DNA of 64,000 nt, from the NCBI GenBank assembly GCA_963668695.2, contig CAXXLQ010000004.1, positions 3,072,001 to 3,136,000 of the forward strand, written 5' to 3'. The notes under the pieces are model-generated. The model was not told the origin of the DNA. It worked only from the letters and a program-made list of their open reading frames with translations, and did not search any database. A program made the position numbers and the translations under genes. This DNA is from Vicinamibacteria bacterium. Its GTDB lineage: Bacteria > Acidobacteriota > Vicinamibacteria > Marinacidobacterales > Marinacidobacteraceae. Of this stretch, positions 17,361 through 26,635 are shown one piece after another (positions within the stretch are counted from its first letter, which is position 1; every line of letters begins with the position of its first letter).

Positions 17361-18227
17361 ATGTTGGGTATCCTGGTTCCTCGCCGCTTCTACGTGTTCG
17401 CCCGGTTCACGGCTTCGTGCAACGCTGTTCTCCGGGCCGGAGTCTCGCTGCTGGTGGCCCAGGCTGCATGGGCGGGACAGGAGCCACCCGAGCCTCAGGC
17501 CGCCCGTGAGACGGTAACCGCGGTTGACATCGCTTCCTCCGGAGGACTCTTCGAAGAGGGCGGTTTGCTGGCGCTGGTGGTGGAGGCGGGGCCGGTCTCC
17601 TGGTTCGTGCTGGCGACGTTGCTCTTCTTCAGCCTCGTTTCCTGGGCCATCATCCTGAACAAATCACGACGGCTCCGACAGGCAGAGCGGGACTCGGCCG
17701 CCTTCCTGAATCACTTCCGGTCCACCAAGCGGTTCGCCGACGTCGTGACCTGGGCCCGGAAAAACCCGGACAGCCCGTTGGCCCGGTTGTTCAACGCCGG
17801 CTATCAGGAGGTCCGCTATCAATCCCGGCAGGAGGACGAGGAATCCATGCGGCTTCAGGTATCCAACATGGAAGCCGTGGCGCGATCCTTGCTCCGTGCA
17901 TCCTCGGCCGAAATGGCCGCACTCGAGCACCGGATGATCTTTCTCGCCACGACCGGCGGCGCCGCTCCGTTCATCGGTCTCTTCGGGACCGTCTGGGGCA
18001 TCATGAGCGCGTTTCAGGACATAGCCCTCACTCAGGCCGCGAACATCAGCGTCGTCGCCCCGGGCGTATCGGAAGCGCTCATCGCGACCGCCGCCGGTCT
18101 GGGAGCGGCGATTCCGGCCGTCATCGCCTACAACGCTTTCCTCGCCCAGATCCGCCGCATCACAAACACCATGGACGATTTCTCGATGGAGTACGTGGCC
18201 ATGCTGGAACGGCACCTGGCCCGCTGA
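17361..18227 (+). CDS. tolQ: TolQ (MotA/TolQ/ExbB family)
   Basis: APFIGLFGTVWGIM and VVAPGVSEALIATAAGL..AIPAV; first gene of the tol-pal cluster; start uncertain. Confidence 0.88.
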   Translation: MLGILVPRRFYVFARFTASCNAVLRAGVSLLVAQAAWAGQEPPEPQAARETVTAVDIASSGGLFEEGGLLALVVEAGPVSWFVLATLLFFSLVSWAIILNKSRRLRQAERDSAAFLNHFRSTKRFADVVTWARKNPDSPLARLFNAGYQEVRYQSRQEDEESMRLQVSNMEAVARSLLRASSAEMAALEHRMIFLATTGGAAPFIGLFGTVWGIMSAFQDIALTQAANISVVAPGVSEALIATAAGLGAAIPAVIAYNAFLAQIRRITNTMDDFSMEYVAMLERHLAR

Positions 18228-18231
18228 CGAC

Positions 18232-18723
18232 ATGGCGATGGGGACCGCCGGCGGATCGGCCGGGGGTGCAGGTTCGGGTTCCGGTTCTGCGCTAGCCCAG
18301 CTCGGCGCCCGCCGGAGAGCCCCCGCGGGGAGCGCCCTCTCCGAAATCAACGTCACCCCCTTTGTGGACGTCGTGCTCGTGCTGCTGATCATCTTCATGG
18401 TGACCGCTCCGCTCCTCGTGCGATCGCTGGAGGTGAGCCTGCCCACCGCCCGGATGCGTTCCGCCGAGGCAACCGAACGCGTCATCATTACCGTCGACGC
18501 CGAGGGCCGGACATTCGTTGGCGAACGGGCCGTGAATCCGTTGCTGTTGGAGGAGCGGCTGCGTGAAATCGTCGATCTCGAGGGAGCTCGCGAAGGCTAT
18601 TTGCAAGGGGATGTCTCGCTAGAATACGGACAGGTCATCGAAGTGATCGACACGATGAAACGAGCGGGTTTTGACCGTGTCGGTCTCGTGTATGCCTACC
18701 CGGGCGAACAACGGCGGAGGTAA
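18232..18723 (+). CDS. tolR: TolR (ExbD family)
   Basis: SEINVTPFVDVVLVLLIIFMVTAP. Confidence 0.9.
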   Translation: MAMGTAGGSAGGAGSGSGSALAQLGARRRAPAGSALSEINVTPFVDVVLVLLIIFMVTAPLLVRSLEVSLPTARMRSAEATERVIITVDAEGRTFVGERAVNPLLLEERLREIVDLEGAREGYLQGDVSLEYGQVIEVIDTMKRAGFDRVGLVYAYPGEQRRR

Positions 18724-18727
18724 GCCG

Positions 18728-19687
18728 GTGCCGGATCCATCCCGGAGTCCGTCGGCTTCGCATTCACCGGCGGCAACCTTCCGATCAAGTCGGAGCGAGG
18801 ATGCGTTTCGGCGCAATCTGATGTGGTCGGCGACGGCGCATCTCGTCTTGCTGGGGGGCGCGGCCTTCGGGCTGGAACTGGATCAGGGTGCTGATCTCGC
18901 TCCCCCCTCGGCGGCCTTCATCGAACTCGGGATGTCCGGTCCGAACCCGACCCCCAATCTGGGCAGCGCCGCAGCACCGAGTCCGACGCCGCCCCCGGAA
19001 CCCGAGCCCGAACCGGAACCGCCCGCTCCCGAGCCTCCGGAGCCTGAGGCCCCAGAGCCTGAACCCCCTACCCCCGAAGCTCCGGAGTCCCGTCCGGACG
19101 TAGTTCGGCCGACAGTGGAAAACCGCGACCGGATGCCGGTTCCCGACGCCCGGGAACGCCGGCGGGCCGCCCGGCCCCAGCGTCCGGAGTCGGGTCTCAG
19201 AGGCCGCGATGCGGCCTGGGCTGACTCCGCGCGACTCGAAACCCGCCGCCCTGTCGATACGAAAGCACGCCCCAGCAGAAGCGCGGCGGCCGACGCGTCC
19301 CACGGGGCTGCCGGCAACACCGCGATCGGCCTCGGAGGAAGACCGGGGGGCACCCGCTTCGATCAGGATTTCGAGTACGCCTTCTATCAGCGCCAGATGA
19401 TCTCCCGGATCCAGGCAAACTGGCAACAGATCCCCGTTCGCGGGCGGGCCACCGTGGTGGTCCGGTTTACCATTTCCCGCGACGGCGCCGTCAGCGGCGC
19501 CGAGGTGGAGACTTCAAGCGGGCAGTCGCTCCTTGATCGTGCGGCGCTCCGGGCCGTCGTTCTGGCGGAGCCCCTGCCGCGACTTCCAGACAGCTATCCG
19601 AGAGACCGGGTCGGGGTACACCTTCTTTTCACGTATTCGCAGGACGCGGGTGGCAACCCGGAAGGACCTCCAACCGAAGCTCCATGA
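18728..19687 (+). CDS. tolA: TolA/TonB-family energy transducer
   Basis: S..AH TM motif, (PE)n linker, C-terminal TonB_C-like domain (SSG..LLDRAALRAV); located between tolR and tolB. Confidence 0.8.
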   Translation: MPDPSRSPSASHSPAATFRSSRSEDAFRRNLMWSATAHLVLLGGAAFGLELDQGADLAPPSAAFIELGMSGPNPTPNLGSAAAPSPTPPPEPEPEPEPPAPEPPEPEAPEPEPPTPEAPESRPDVVRPTVENRDRMPVPDARERRRAARPQRPESGLRGRDAAWADSARLETRRPVDTKARPSRSAAADASHGAAGNTAIGLGGRPGGTRFDQDFEYAFYQRQMISRIQANWQQIPVRGRATVVVRFTISRDGAVSGAEVETSSGQSLLDRAALRAVVLAEPLPRLPDSYPRDRVGVHLLFTYSQDAGGNPEGPPTEAP

Positions 19688-21222
19688 AACATCTTCCCCT
19701 GCCCCGCTTCGGCCTGCCCCGCTTCGGGCTTGCCCTCCTCGGCGCCGTGCTGGCCACCGGAGCCGCGGCGGGTTTCGTCCCCATTTCCGGCGTTTTCCGC
19801 TCGGGAGCCGCGGGACACCCGGTGTCCGTCGGAGTTGCAAGGCTTTTCCCGGAGTCTGGGGCAACGGACTCCCGCGCGGCCGGGGCGCCCACGGCACTCC
19901 CTCAAGAAGCCGGCGATTGGTACCTCGACATGACACGTCCGGGTGCTCCGGTCAGGATGGCCATTCCCGATTTCGAGGTGCTTCCGAGCGACTCGGGACC
20001 CGAGTCCGGTTCCGGGGAGTCTCCCGCCGACGACGGGGACACGCTGGGTGGAGAGGCGACGGAGGCTGCGTCCGTGACCAGTGCCGTGTTGTGGGATGAC
20101 ATCGAGTACGCCGGGATGTACCGGATGCTTCCCAAGCGTTTCTATCGGATCGCGGAAGCCGGGTCGGCCGAAGGAGTTATGGACTACTACCAGTGGGAGT
20201 CCATCGGAGCCGACATCGTGATCGATGGGAAGCTCTGGATCGAGGGGGACTTGCTCCTCGCCGAGGTGCGCATGCACGCCGTACGGGCGCAGGAAAACGT
20301 CTTCGGGCGACGGTACACGGCCGCGCGCGGGGCCGCCCGGACGCTGGCCCACCGGATCGCCGACGACATTCTGGAGCATGCCGGGAATTACCAGGGAGTC
20401 GCCCGAACTCGAATCGCTTTCTCCACCAGCCGATCGCAGCCGCGCAGCAAAGAGATCTACCTGATGGACTACGACGGACACGGGCAGCGCCCGGTGACTG
20501 CCAACGGTTCGCTGAACCTCACCCCGAGCTGGTCGCCGGATGGACGAGCGCTCAGCTATATCTCCTACCGCGAAGGCGCACCTTCCCTGTATCTCGCCTT
20601 CCTCTATCAGGGGCGCGGGGAAAAACTCGTGGGCGAGTTCCAGTCATTCACTCCCGCCTGGTCGCCGGATGGGCAATGGATCGCGTTCACTTCGAATCGT
20701 GACGGCCAGTCCGAGATCTACCTGGCAGCGGTGGACGGCAGCGAGTTGCGACGGCTCACCGACAACCGCGCCATTGACGTCGCACCCACCTGGTCCCCGA
20801 ACGGGCGCGCGATCGCCTTTACCTCCGACCGCACCGGAGCCCCGCAGATCTACACCATGGACCGGGACGGATTGAATTTGAGGCGGGTTTCCTTCGAAGG
20901 CTCGTACAACGATTCGCCGGCGTGGTCTCCCTCGCGGCAATACAGCGAGATCGCCTATGCCTCGCGGATCGAACGCCGCCCCTTCGACATCGTAGTACAC
21001 GACTTCGAGACCCGACAGACCCGGCAACTCACAACGGGGCGCGGCAGCAACGAGAGTCCCTCCTGGGCGCCGAATGGCCTGCACATTGCGTTCACATCCA
21101 ACCGGGCCGGTAACGACCAGGTGTTCACCATGCACCGGGACGGCTCCAACCTGAAGCAGCTCACCCGAGAAGGAAGCAATACCACCCCACGTTGGGGCAA
21201 TCCCCCTGGGGATCCGCAATGA
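19684..21222 (+). CDS. tolB: Tol-Pal beta-propeller protein TolB
   Basis: AHRIADDI, TRIAF, multiple PD40 repeats (P.WSPDG..IAFTS). Confidence 0.93.
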   Translation: MKHLPLPRFGLPRFGLALLGAVLATGAAAGFVPISGVFRSGAAGHPVSVGVARLFPESGATDSRAAGAPTALPQEAGDWYLDMTRPGAPVRMAIPDFEVLPSDSGPESGSGESPADDGDTLGGEATEAASVTSAVLWDDIEYAGMYRMLPKRFYRIAEAGSAEGVMDYYQWESIGADIVIDGKLWIEGDLLLAEVRMHAVRAQENVFGRRYTAARGAARTLAHRIADDILEHAGNYQGVARTRIAFSTSRSQPRSKEIYLMDYDGHGQRPVTANGSLNLTPSWSPDGRALSYISYREGAPSLYLAFLYQGRGEKLVGEFQSFTPAWSPDGQWIAFTSNRDGQSEIYLAAVDGSELRRLTDNRAIDVAPTWSPNGRAIAFTSDRTGAPQIYTMDRDGLNLRRVSFEGSYNDSPAWSPSRQYSEIAYASRIERRPFDIVVHDFETRQTRQLTTGRGSNESPSWAPNGLHIAFTSNRAGNDQVFTMHRDGSNLKQLTREGSNTTPRWGNPPGDPQ

Positions 21223-21229
21223 GGTCGCG

Positions 21230-21901
21230 TTGATGAGAGTCTTTTCGAGCCGCCAGGCTCCAGCAGCCCACCGCCTTTTCTTCATCACCCTCCCGGCCGC
21301 CCTGCTCGCGCTGTCGCTGGTGGGGACATCCTGTTCCTCCATCTCTCGCAGCCCGGCGACCGGAGGCGATCCGGTGGCTGCTCCCACGGCCAGGCCCGTC
21401 CAGCCTGCGGGTTCCGGGGCAGACCCGGAACCGGTACCCGAGCCGGAGCCCGCGAGTTCCGGGGGGTTGACCGAAGACGAGATCCTCGCGATCCCGCCGG
21501 AGGTCGGAGCAGAAACCGACCTGCTGGACATCGGATCGAAGAGCCTCGAGGACTTGAATGCCGAGGAGCACCTCAAGGACGTGCTTTTCGAGTACGACAG
21601 CGCTGAACTCAGTGCCACGATGCGGGCCGCTCTGGAGGAAAACGCCGATTGGTTGTCCCGCTATCCCTCGGTCCGAATTCTGGTCGAAGGGCACTGCGAT
21701 GAACGCGGCACCGTGGAATACAACCTGGCCCTCGGCGAAGGACGTGCCCGGGCTGTCCGCGATTACCTGCGGGACCTCGGCGTCGGGTCCGGCCGGATGC
21801 GGATCATCAGCTACGGCAAGGAATTCCCGCTCGATCCGGCTCACAATGACGCTGCCTGGCGGCGGAACCGCCGCGCCCATCTGGAGATCATCGCCAAGTG
21901 A
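21230..21901 (+). CDS. pal: Peptidoglycan-associated lipoprotein
   Basis: Lipobox Cys; VEGHCDERGTVEYNLALGE.RA, ISYGKEFP and NRRA motifs. Confidence 0.95.
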   Translation: MMRVFSSRQAPAAHRLFFITLPAALLALSLVGTSCSSISRSPATGGDPVAAPTARPVQPAGSGADPEPVPEPEPASSGGLTEDEILAIPPEVGAETDLLDIGSKSLEDLNAEEHLKDVLFEYDSAELSATMRAALEENADWLSRYPSVRILVEGHCDERGTVEYNLALGEGRARAVRDYLRDLGVGSGRMRIISYGKEFPLDPAHNDAAWRRNRRAHLEIIAK

Positions 21902-22791
21902 GATCTTCCCGAACCGCATTCCCGTCCGTGTCGCTTTTCGTCGGGATCCTCTTTGTTTCCCTTTCTCTGATCCCGGCCGTTCCGGAAGCACGCACTGTCA
22001 CCCAGCGGGACCAGAACCGCGTCGTGTCCGAAATTCGGCAGCTTCAGGTGCAACTGGCCACCCTTGTCGAGACGCAGACGGCTCTGTCTCAGGCAGTAGA
22101 GCGCCTTCTCGAAGATCGGGAGGAACAACTGACCGCCGATCGCCGCAGCCGTGCCGAAACTCTGAACACCCTCGACCGGATGGAGCGGAGTGTCGCCACC
22201 CTGAGCGAGGCGTTTCGGGAGGTGGGCGAGCGCCTTTCGGCTCTCATGGTGGAAGTGGAGTCGGTACGGGAGGGGCAACGCCGTGCGGCGCTTCTCGGAG
22301 CCCCCCCGGAAACGGCGGACGATACGGAACCTTCCGAGGAAGAAAATGTCGCAGCGGAGGAAGCCTCCGGGGAGGAGGACCAGGGAGCGACGGTGCTGGA
22401 CGAACCGAGCGTGTCCGAAATCTATCTGGCAGCCCAGGCCGACTACTATCAGGGGCGCTACGACCTCGCTCTGAAGGGGTTGGAGCAGGTCGCAAGCCTG
22501 GGAGGGGAACTAGCGGACAACGCCCGCTACCTCATGGGAGAATGCCTGCTGGCACAGGACCGCCTGGACCCAGCACTGGAGCAATTCGAGATTGTGATCC
22601 GGGATTCCCCGGACCGGAGAATGGAGGGTGAAGCCTGGTACAAAAAGGGTCTCATTCTCGGGCGGATGGGCCATGAGTCCGACGCACGCGAAATCTTTGA
22701 GGACATCTTGGATGTTTTTGCCGGCACCCCGGCGGCGCGTCTGGCGCAGAGAGAGCTGGACGCCATGCCCCCGAGGGATCCCGGCTGTTGA
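21898..22791 (+). CDS. cpoB: Cell division coordinator CpoB/YbgF (coiled coil + TPR)
   Basis: Signal peptide, coiled coil, TPR-like LADNARY.MGE; follows pal. Confidence 0.8.
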   Translation: MRSSRTAFPSVSLFVGILFVSLSLIPAVPEARTVTQRDQNRVVSEIRQLQVQLATLVETQTALSQAVERLLEDREEQLTADRRSRAETLNTLDRMERSVATLSEAFREVGERLSALMVEVESVREGQRRAALLGAPPETADDTEPSEEENVAAEEASGEEDQGATVLDEPSVSEIYLAAQADYYQGRYDLALKGLEQVASLGGELADNARYLMGECLLAQDRLDPALEQFEIVIRDSPDRRMEGEAWYKKGLILGRMGHESDAREIFEDILDVFAGTPAARLAQRELDAMPPRDPGC

Positions 22792-22829
22792 GAGCCGGCC
22801 GCACCACGCGGCCGGAAGGAGTAGATGTG

Positions 22830-23633
22830 ATGCGAGATGTGAACAAGGTCGTGTTGCGCGGGGTGGTTTCCGACGCCCCACGGACAAAGGTCTTCGACGA
22901 CGGGCGAAAACTCGTCAATCTGAACGTCAAGACGGTGACGATCGAGAACGACGAGACGGGCGCGATGCGGGAACGCCCAGCCTGGCACCGGGTCGCGGTG
23001 GGCGGAGACCGCAACTCGGAGATCGCCGAAAGACTGGCTCCCGACAGCCCCGTGTATGTGGAGGGACGTCTGCGAACCCGCAAGTACCGAAATCAGGAAG
23101 GCGAGGACGTGTACTCCACGGAAATCCGGGCCGAGGTCGTACGCGAAACCGAGAGCGCCGATCCCCACGTCAACCGTTCGATCGTCCTGGGGAATCTGGG
23201 GCGGACACCGGAACTGCGAAAATTCGATTCCTTCATGGTCATGAACCTTGCGGTGGCCACGAGCGAAAGCTGGTCCCGTCGGGACGGGGAATCGCGCGAA
23301 GAGACCGAATGGCATCAGGTTGCGGTGTTCGGAGAACCTGCCCAGCGCCTGGAGGGCCAACTCGAGAAGGGACAGCGAATCCTGGTGGACGGCCTGCTCC
23401 AGACCCGCAAGTACAACGACCGCAGTGGCCGGGAGCGCCGGGTCACCGAAACCCGGGCCCACTCGGTGCTGGGAAGCGGTAGCTCCCGGCGTAGCGGATA
23501 CGAAAGTGCGAACCGGGCCCCGGCCGAAAAACCTGGGGCAGACGCCGGGTTGCGCGGCGGGCAGAAACAACAGGACGCCTGGGGATCCAGCGGAGTCGAT
23601 ACCAAGGACGACGTGGACGACATCCCGTTCTGA
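22830..23633 (+). CDS. ssb: Single-stranded DNA-binding protein with two tandem OB folds
   Basis: VNKVVLRG...WHRV...VYVEGRLRTRKY, then VNRSIVLGNLG..PE...TEWHQV...VDGLLQTRKY; C-terminal DDIPF; GGAAGGAG RBS. Confidence 0.92.
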   Translation: MRDVNKVVLRGVVSDAPRTKVFDDGRKLVNLNVKTVTIENDETGAMRERPAWHRVAVGGDRNSEIAERLAPDSPVYVEGRLRTRKYRNQEGEDVYSTEIRAEVVRETESADPHVNRSIVLGNLGRTPELRKFDSFMVMNLAVATSESWSRRDGESREETEWHQVAVFGEPAQRLEGQLEKGQRILVDGLLQTRKYNDRSGRERRVTETRAHSVLGSGSSRRSGYESANRAPAEKPGADAGLRGGQKQQDAWGSSGVDTKDDVDDIPF

Positions 23634-23649
23634 CCGTCGGGCGGCCCTG

Positions 23650-24230
23650 GGGCGGGGCGCCGGAAGATCGGGACAGAACAACGACCAAGGAGACGGAGTG
23701 GTGCGCCCCACCCCAGGGCCGCCCGGCGCTCCGCGCCGGGATCGCAACTCCCTTGCACGCCTTCGGCGCGCGGCGGCGAGTTTCGATTCGACGTCGTCTT
23801 TTTGTGAAAGGGGGAGGTCCCCCTTTCACACTTTCTCCCCGATCTCGCGGGCAGCGAACGGAGTTCGCTGCCGTCAGTTTTTATTGCTTGCTTGGCCGGA
23901 CACCACCTTAGGGCGGGGCGCCGGAAGATCGGGACAGAACAACGACCAAGGAGACGGAGTGGTGCGCCCCACCCCAGGGCCGCCCGGCGCTCCGCGCCGG
24001 GATCGCAACTCCCTTGCACGCCTTCGGCGCGCGGCGGCGAGTTTCGATTCGACGTCGTCTTTTTGTGAAAGGGGGAGGTCCCCCTTTCACACTTTCTCCC
24101 CGATCTCGCGGGCAGCGAACGGAGTTCGCTGCCGTCAGTTTTTATTGCTTGCTTGGCCGGACACCACCTTAGGGTGGGGCGCTGGAAGATAAGGACCGAA
24201 CAACGACCAAGGGGACGGAGCGGGGCGCCG
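23650..24230. repeat. Tandem 261-bp repeat (family B), two full units plus a partial third
   Basis: Units start at 23650, 23911 and 24172; each full unit has the hairpin TGTGAAAGGGG...CCCCTTTCACA. Confidence 0.92.
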
Positions 24231-24330
24231 CGCTTCTGAAGTGCGGCGAGAGCCGCACGGAGACCTCGGAGCAGAAGGGGTTGGGGTCGGGGAACCCGGC
24301 GCCCAGCCGCTCCTGGCTCGGGCTTCGAAA

Positions 24331-25359
24331 GGGGATTACATACCTGAGTGACCATTTTTGGCTCTAGGCTCGCCTAGAGTCAGGTGCATGGCACACAGCG
24401 CACCCGGGAAGCACTACCGCAAGGGTCTCACCTTGCCGCAGGTCATGCGGACGTTCCGCGATGACGCCGCCGCTGAGCGATGGTTCGCCAAGGTCCGGTG
24501 GCCCGACGGCCCCCGCTGCCCCGGCTGCGGAACCGCCGACGTCCGGGCCGGGACGGCGCACAAATCCATGCCTTACCGCTGCCGCCCCTGCCGCCGCTAC
24601 TTCTCCGTCCGCATCGGCACCGTCATGGAGGACTCGAAGCTCGGCTACCAGACCTGGGCGCTCGCCATCTACCTCCTCACCACCGGCCTCGAAGGCCAGT
24701 CCTCCATGAAGCTCCACCGCGACCTCGGGATCACGCAAAAGTCGGCCTGGCATCTGGCCCACCGGATTCGGGAGACCTGGCGCGACGCACCGGCGCCCTT
24801 CGGGGGACCCGTCGAAGTGGACGAGGCCTACATCGGAGGGAAGAGGAGGAACATGAGCCTGGCCAAGAGGAGGGAAATGGCCGGCCGCGGACCCGTCGGA
24901 AAGACGATGATCGCCGGCGCCCAGAACCGGAAGACCGGCGAGATCAACGCCGCCGTCCTTCCCGACGGGACTTGGCGCGCCCTCCGGGAGTTCGTCCGGG
25001 AAGCGGCGGTGCCGGGTGCCCAGCTCTTCACGGACGACTCGGACGCCTACTCGGCTTTGCCGGAGTTCCGGCATGAGAGCGTCCATCACACGGTCCGGGA
25101 ATACGTCCGCGGGGAGGTTCACACGAACGGCATCGAAGCCTTCCGGTCGCTGCTCAAGCGGGGCTATGTCGGCACCTATCACCGCATGAGCCCGAAGCAC
25201 CTGGGTCGCTACGTGGACGAGTTCGCCGGCCGCCACAACATCCGGAGTGCCAACACCGTGGAGCAGATGCGAACCATCTCCCGCGGGTTCCTCGGACGAA
25301 GGCTGGAATACGCCACCCTCATCGCCACCCGGTGATGGTCACTCAGGTATGTAATCCCC
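24331..25359 (+). mobile_element. IS1595-family insertion sequence
   Basis: Perfect 25-bp TIR GGGGATTACATACCTGAGTGACCAT (24331-24355 / 25335-25359) enclosing a transposase. Confidence 0.93.
24388..25335 (+). CDS. IS1595-family transposase
   Basis: RWPDG..CP.C...YRC..C Zn ribbon, VEVDEAYIGG, TD, HTNGIE and SPKHLGRYVDEF motifs. Confidence 0.93.
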   Translation: MAHSAPGKHYRKGLTLPQVMRTFRDDAAAERWFAKVRWPDGPRCPGCGTADVRAGTAHKSMPYRCRPCRRYFSVRIGTVMEDSKLGYQTWALAIYLLTTGLEGQSSMKLHRDLGITQKSAWHLAHRIRETWRDAPAPFGGPVEVDEAYIGGKRRNMSLAKRREMAGRGPVGKTMIAGAQNRKTGEINAAVLPDGTWRALREFVREAAVPGAQLFTDDSDAYSALPEFRHESVHHTVREYVRGEVHTNGIEAFRSLLKRGYVGTYHRMSPKHLGRYVDEFAGRHNIRSANTVEQMRTISRGFLGRRLEYATLIATR

Positions 25360-25665
25360 AATCGAAACTCCCTGGCGCGCCATCGGCGCGCTGCGGCGAG
25401 TTCCGATTCGACGTTGTCAATTTGTGAAAGGGGGAGTTCCCCCTTTCACACTTTCCCCCCAATCTCGTGGGCAGCGAACAGAGTTCGCTGCCGTCAGTTT
25501 TTGTTGCTTGCTTGGCCGGACATCACCTTAGGGTGGGGCGCTGGAAGATAAGGACGGAACAACGACCAAGGGGACGGAGCGGTACGCCCCGCCCCAGGAC
25601 CGGCCGGCGCTCCGCGCCGGGAAGGGAACGCCGGCCAGTCCTCCCGGTGGAGCCTTCAGACCGGC
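25360..25665. repeat. Family B repeat (5'-truncated at the IS end) followed by a REP/micro-insert hybrid
   Basis: Aligns to the 261-bp unit including the TGTGAAAGGGG/CCCCTTTCACA hairpin; 25624-25665 is a REP hairpin interrupted by CCAGTCCTCCCGGTGGAG. Confidence 0.85.
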
Positions 25666-25924
25666 ACCGCGGCCCGCAGGGCCGCGAAAGCCTCGCCATC
25701 CGCTGGCATGGCGGGCACAGCGTCCTCCTCCCTCATTGCGCCGTCGGCACCAGGCATCTCCAGCTTTCCGCCTCAAACCCCCACCAAACGTGGTGTACCC
25801 GCCCCGCAAAGAGATCGCCCCACGCAGCGGGGCGAACGCTCCGCCAACTTTTCCTCATTAGCCCATCGTCGCCACCTGACGGCGAGGTGCTGTGCCAACC
25901 CGGGAAAGCTCCATCCTCTTCAAT

Positions 25925-25954
25925 CTGGCATAGCAGACAAATGTCTGCTATGCT
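25925..25954 (+). promoter_or_regulatory. lexA promoter with overlapping palindromic operator (candidate SOS box)
   Basis: GCATAGCAGACA-AA-TGTCTGCTATGC perfect 12-bp arms (25928-25953); extended -10 TGC-TATGCT ends 6 nt before GTG 25961. Confidence 0.75.
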
Positions 25955-25960
25955 GCGTGC

Positions 25961-26605
25961 GTGCCCAAAACCCCGCCGGGACAGACCCGGAACCGGATCT
26001 TTCACTTCGTCCGCGACCGCCTGCTTCAGGGCGACTCCCCTTCCCTTCGTGAGGTACAGCGGCATTTCGGTTTTCGGGCCGTCGAGACCGTCCGGGCCCA
26101 TCTCACCGCTCTCGTGGGAGAAGGACGCCTGGTCAAGGAATCGGGTCGTTCCCGCGGCTATCGGTTGCCTTCGGCGTCAGGCCAAGCGTCGAGCCAAACG
26201 TCGAGCTGGTCTCCCAACCGCCTTCAGCCGGTCCCCCTTCTGGGCGAAGTCGCCGCCGGCGGTTTCGAAGAGGCCATCGAGAACCCGGAGGGGAATCTCC
26301 CGGTAGAGATTCCCGATTCCCGGGACCTCTCGGACTATTTCGCACTCCGGGTGCGAGGGGAAAGCATGTCCGGGGCCGGCATCCTGCCCGGCGACACCGT
26401 CATCGTCGAACGCCAAGGGGCGCCAGTTTCCGGTCAGATCGTGGTGGCGCTCCTCGAAGAGGAAGCCACGGTGAAACGGCTCTACCTGGGGCAAGACGGG
26501 ATGGAACTGCGTCCGGAGAATCCCGCCTTCAAAACGCTCCGTCCACCTCCCGGGTCCTGTCGGATTCTCGGGAGAGTCGTGGAATTGCGCCGCCAATTCC
26601 GCTGA
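25961..26605 (+). CDS. lexA: SOS repressor LexA
   Basis: wHTH (PSLREV..HFGF), VPLLGEVAAG cleavage site, LRVRGESM Ser and EATVKR Lys. Confidence 0.95.
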   Translation: MPKTPPGQTRNRIFHFVRDRLLQGDSPSLREVQRHFGFRAVETVRAHLTALVGEGRLVKESGRSRGYRLPSASGQASSQTSSWSPNRLQPVPLLGEVAAGGFEEAIENPEGNLPVEIPDSRDLSDYFALRVRGESMSGAGILPGDTVIVERQGAPVSGQIVVALLEEEATVKRLYLGQDGMELRPENPAFKTLRPPPGSCRILGRVVELRRQFR

Positions 26606-26635
26606 ATATCCGATGCCCTCCGAAAGAGAACCCTG

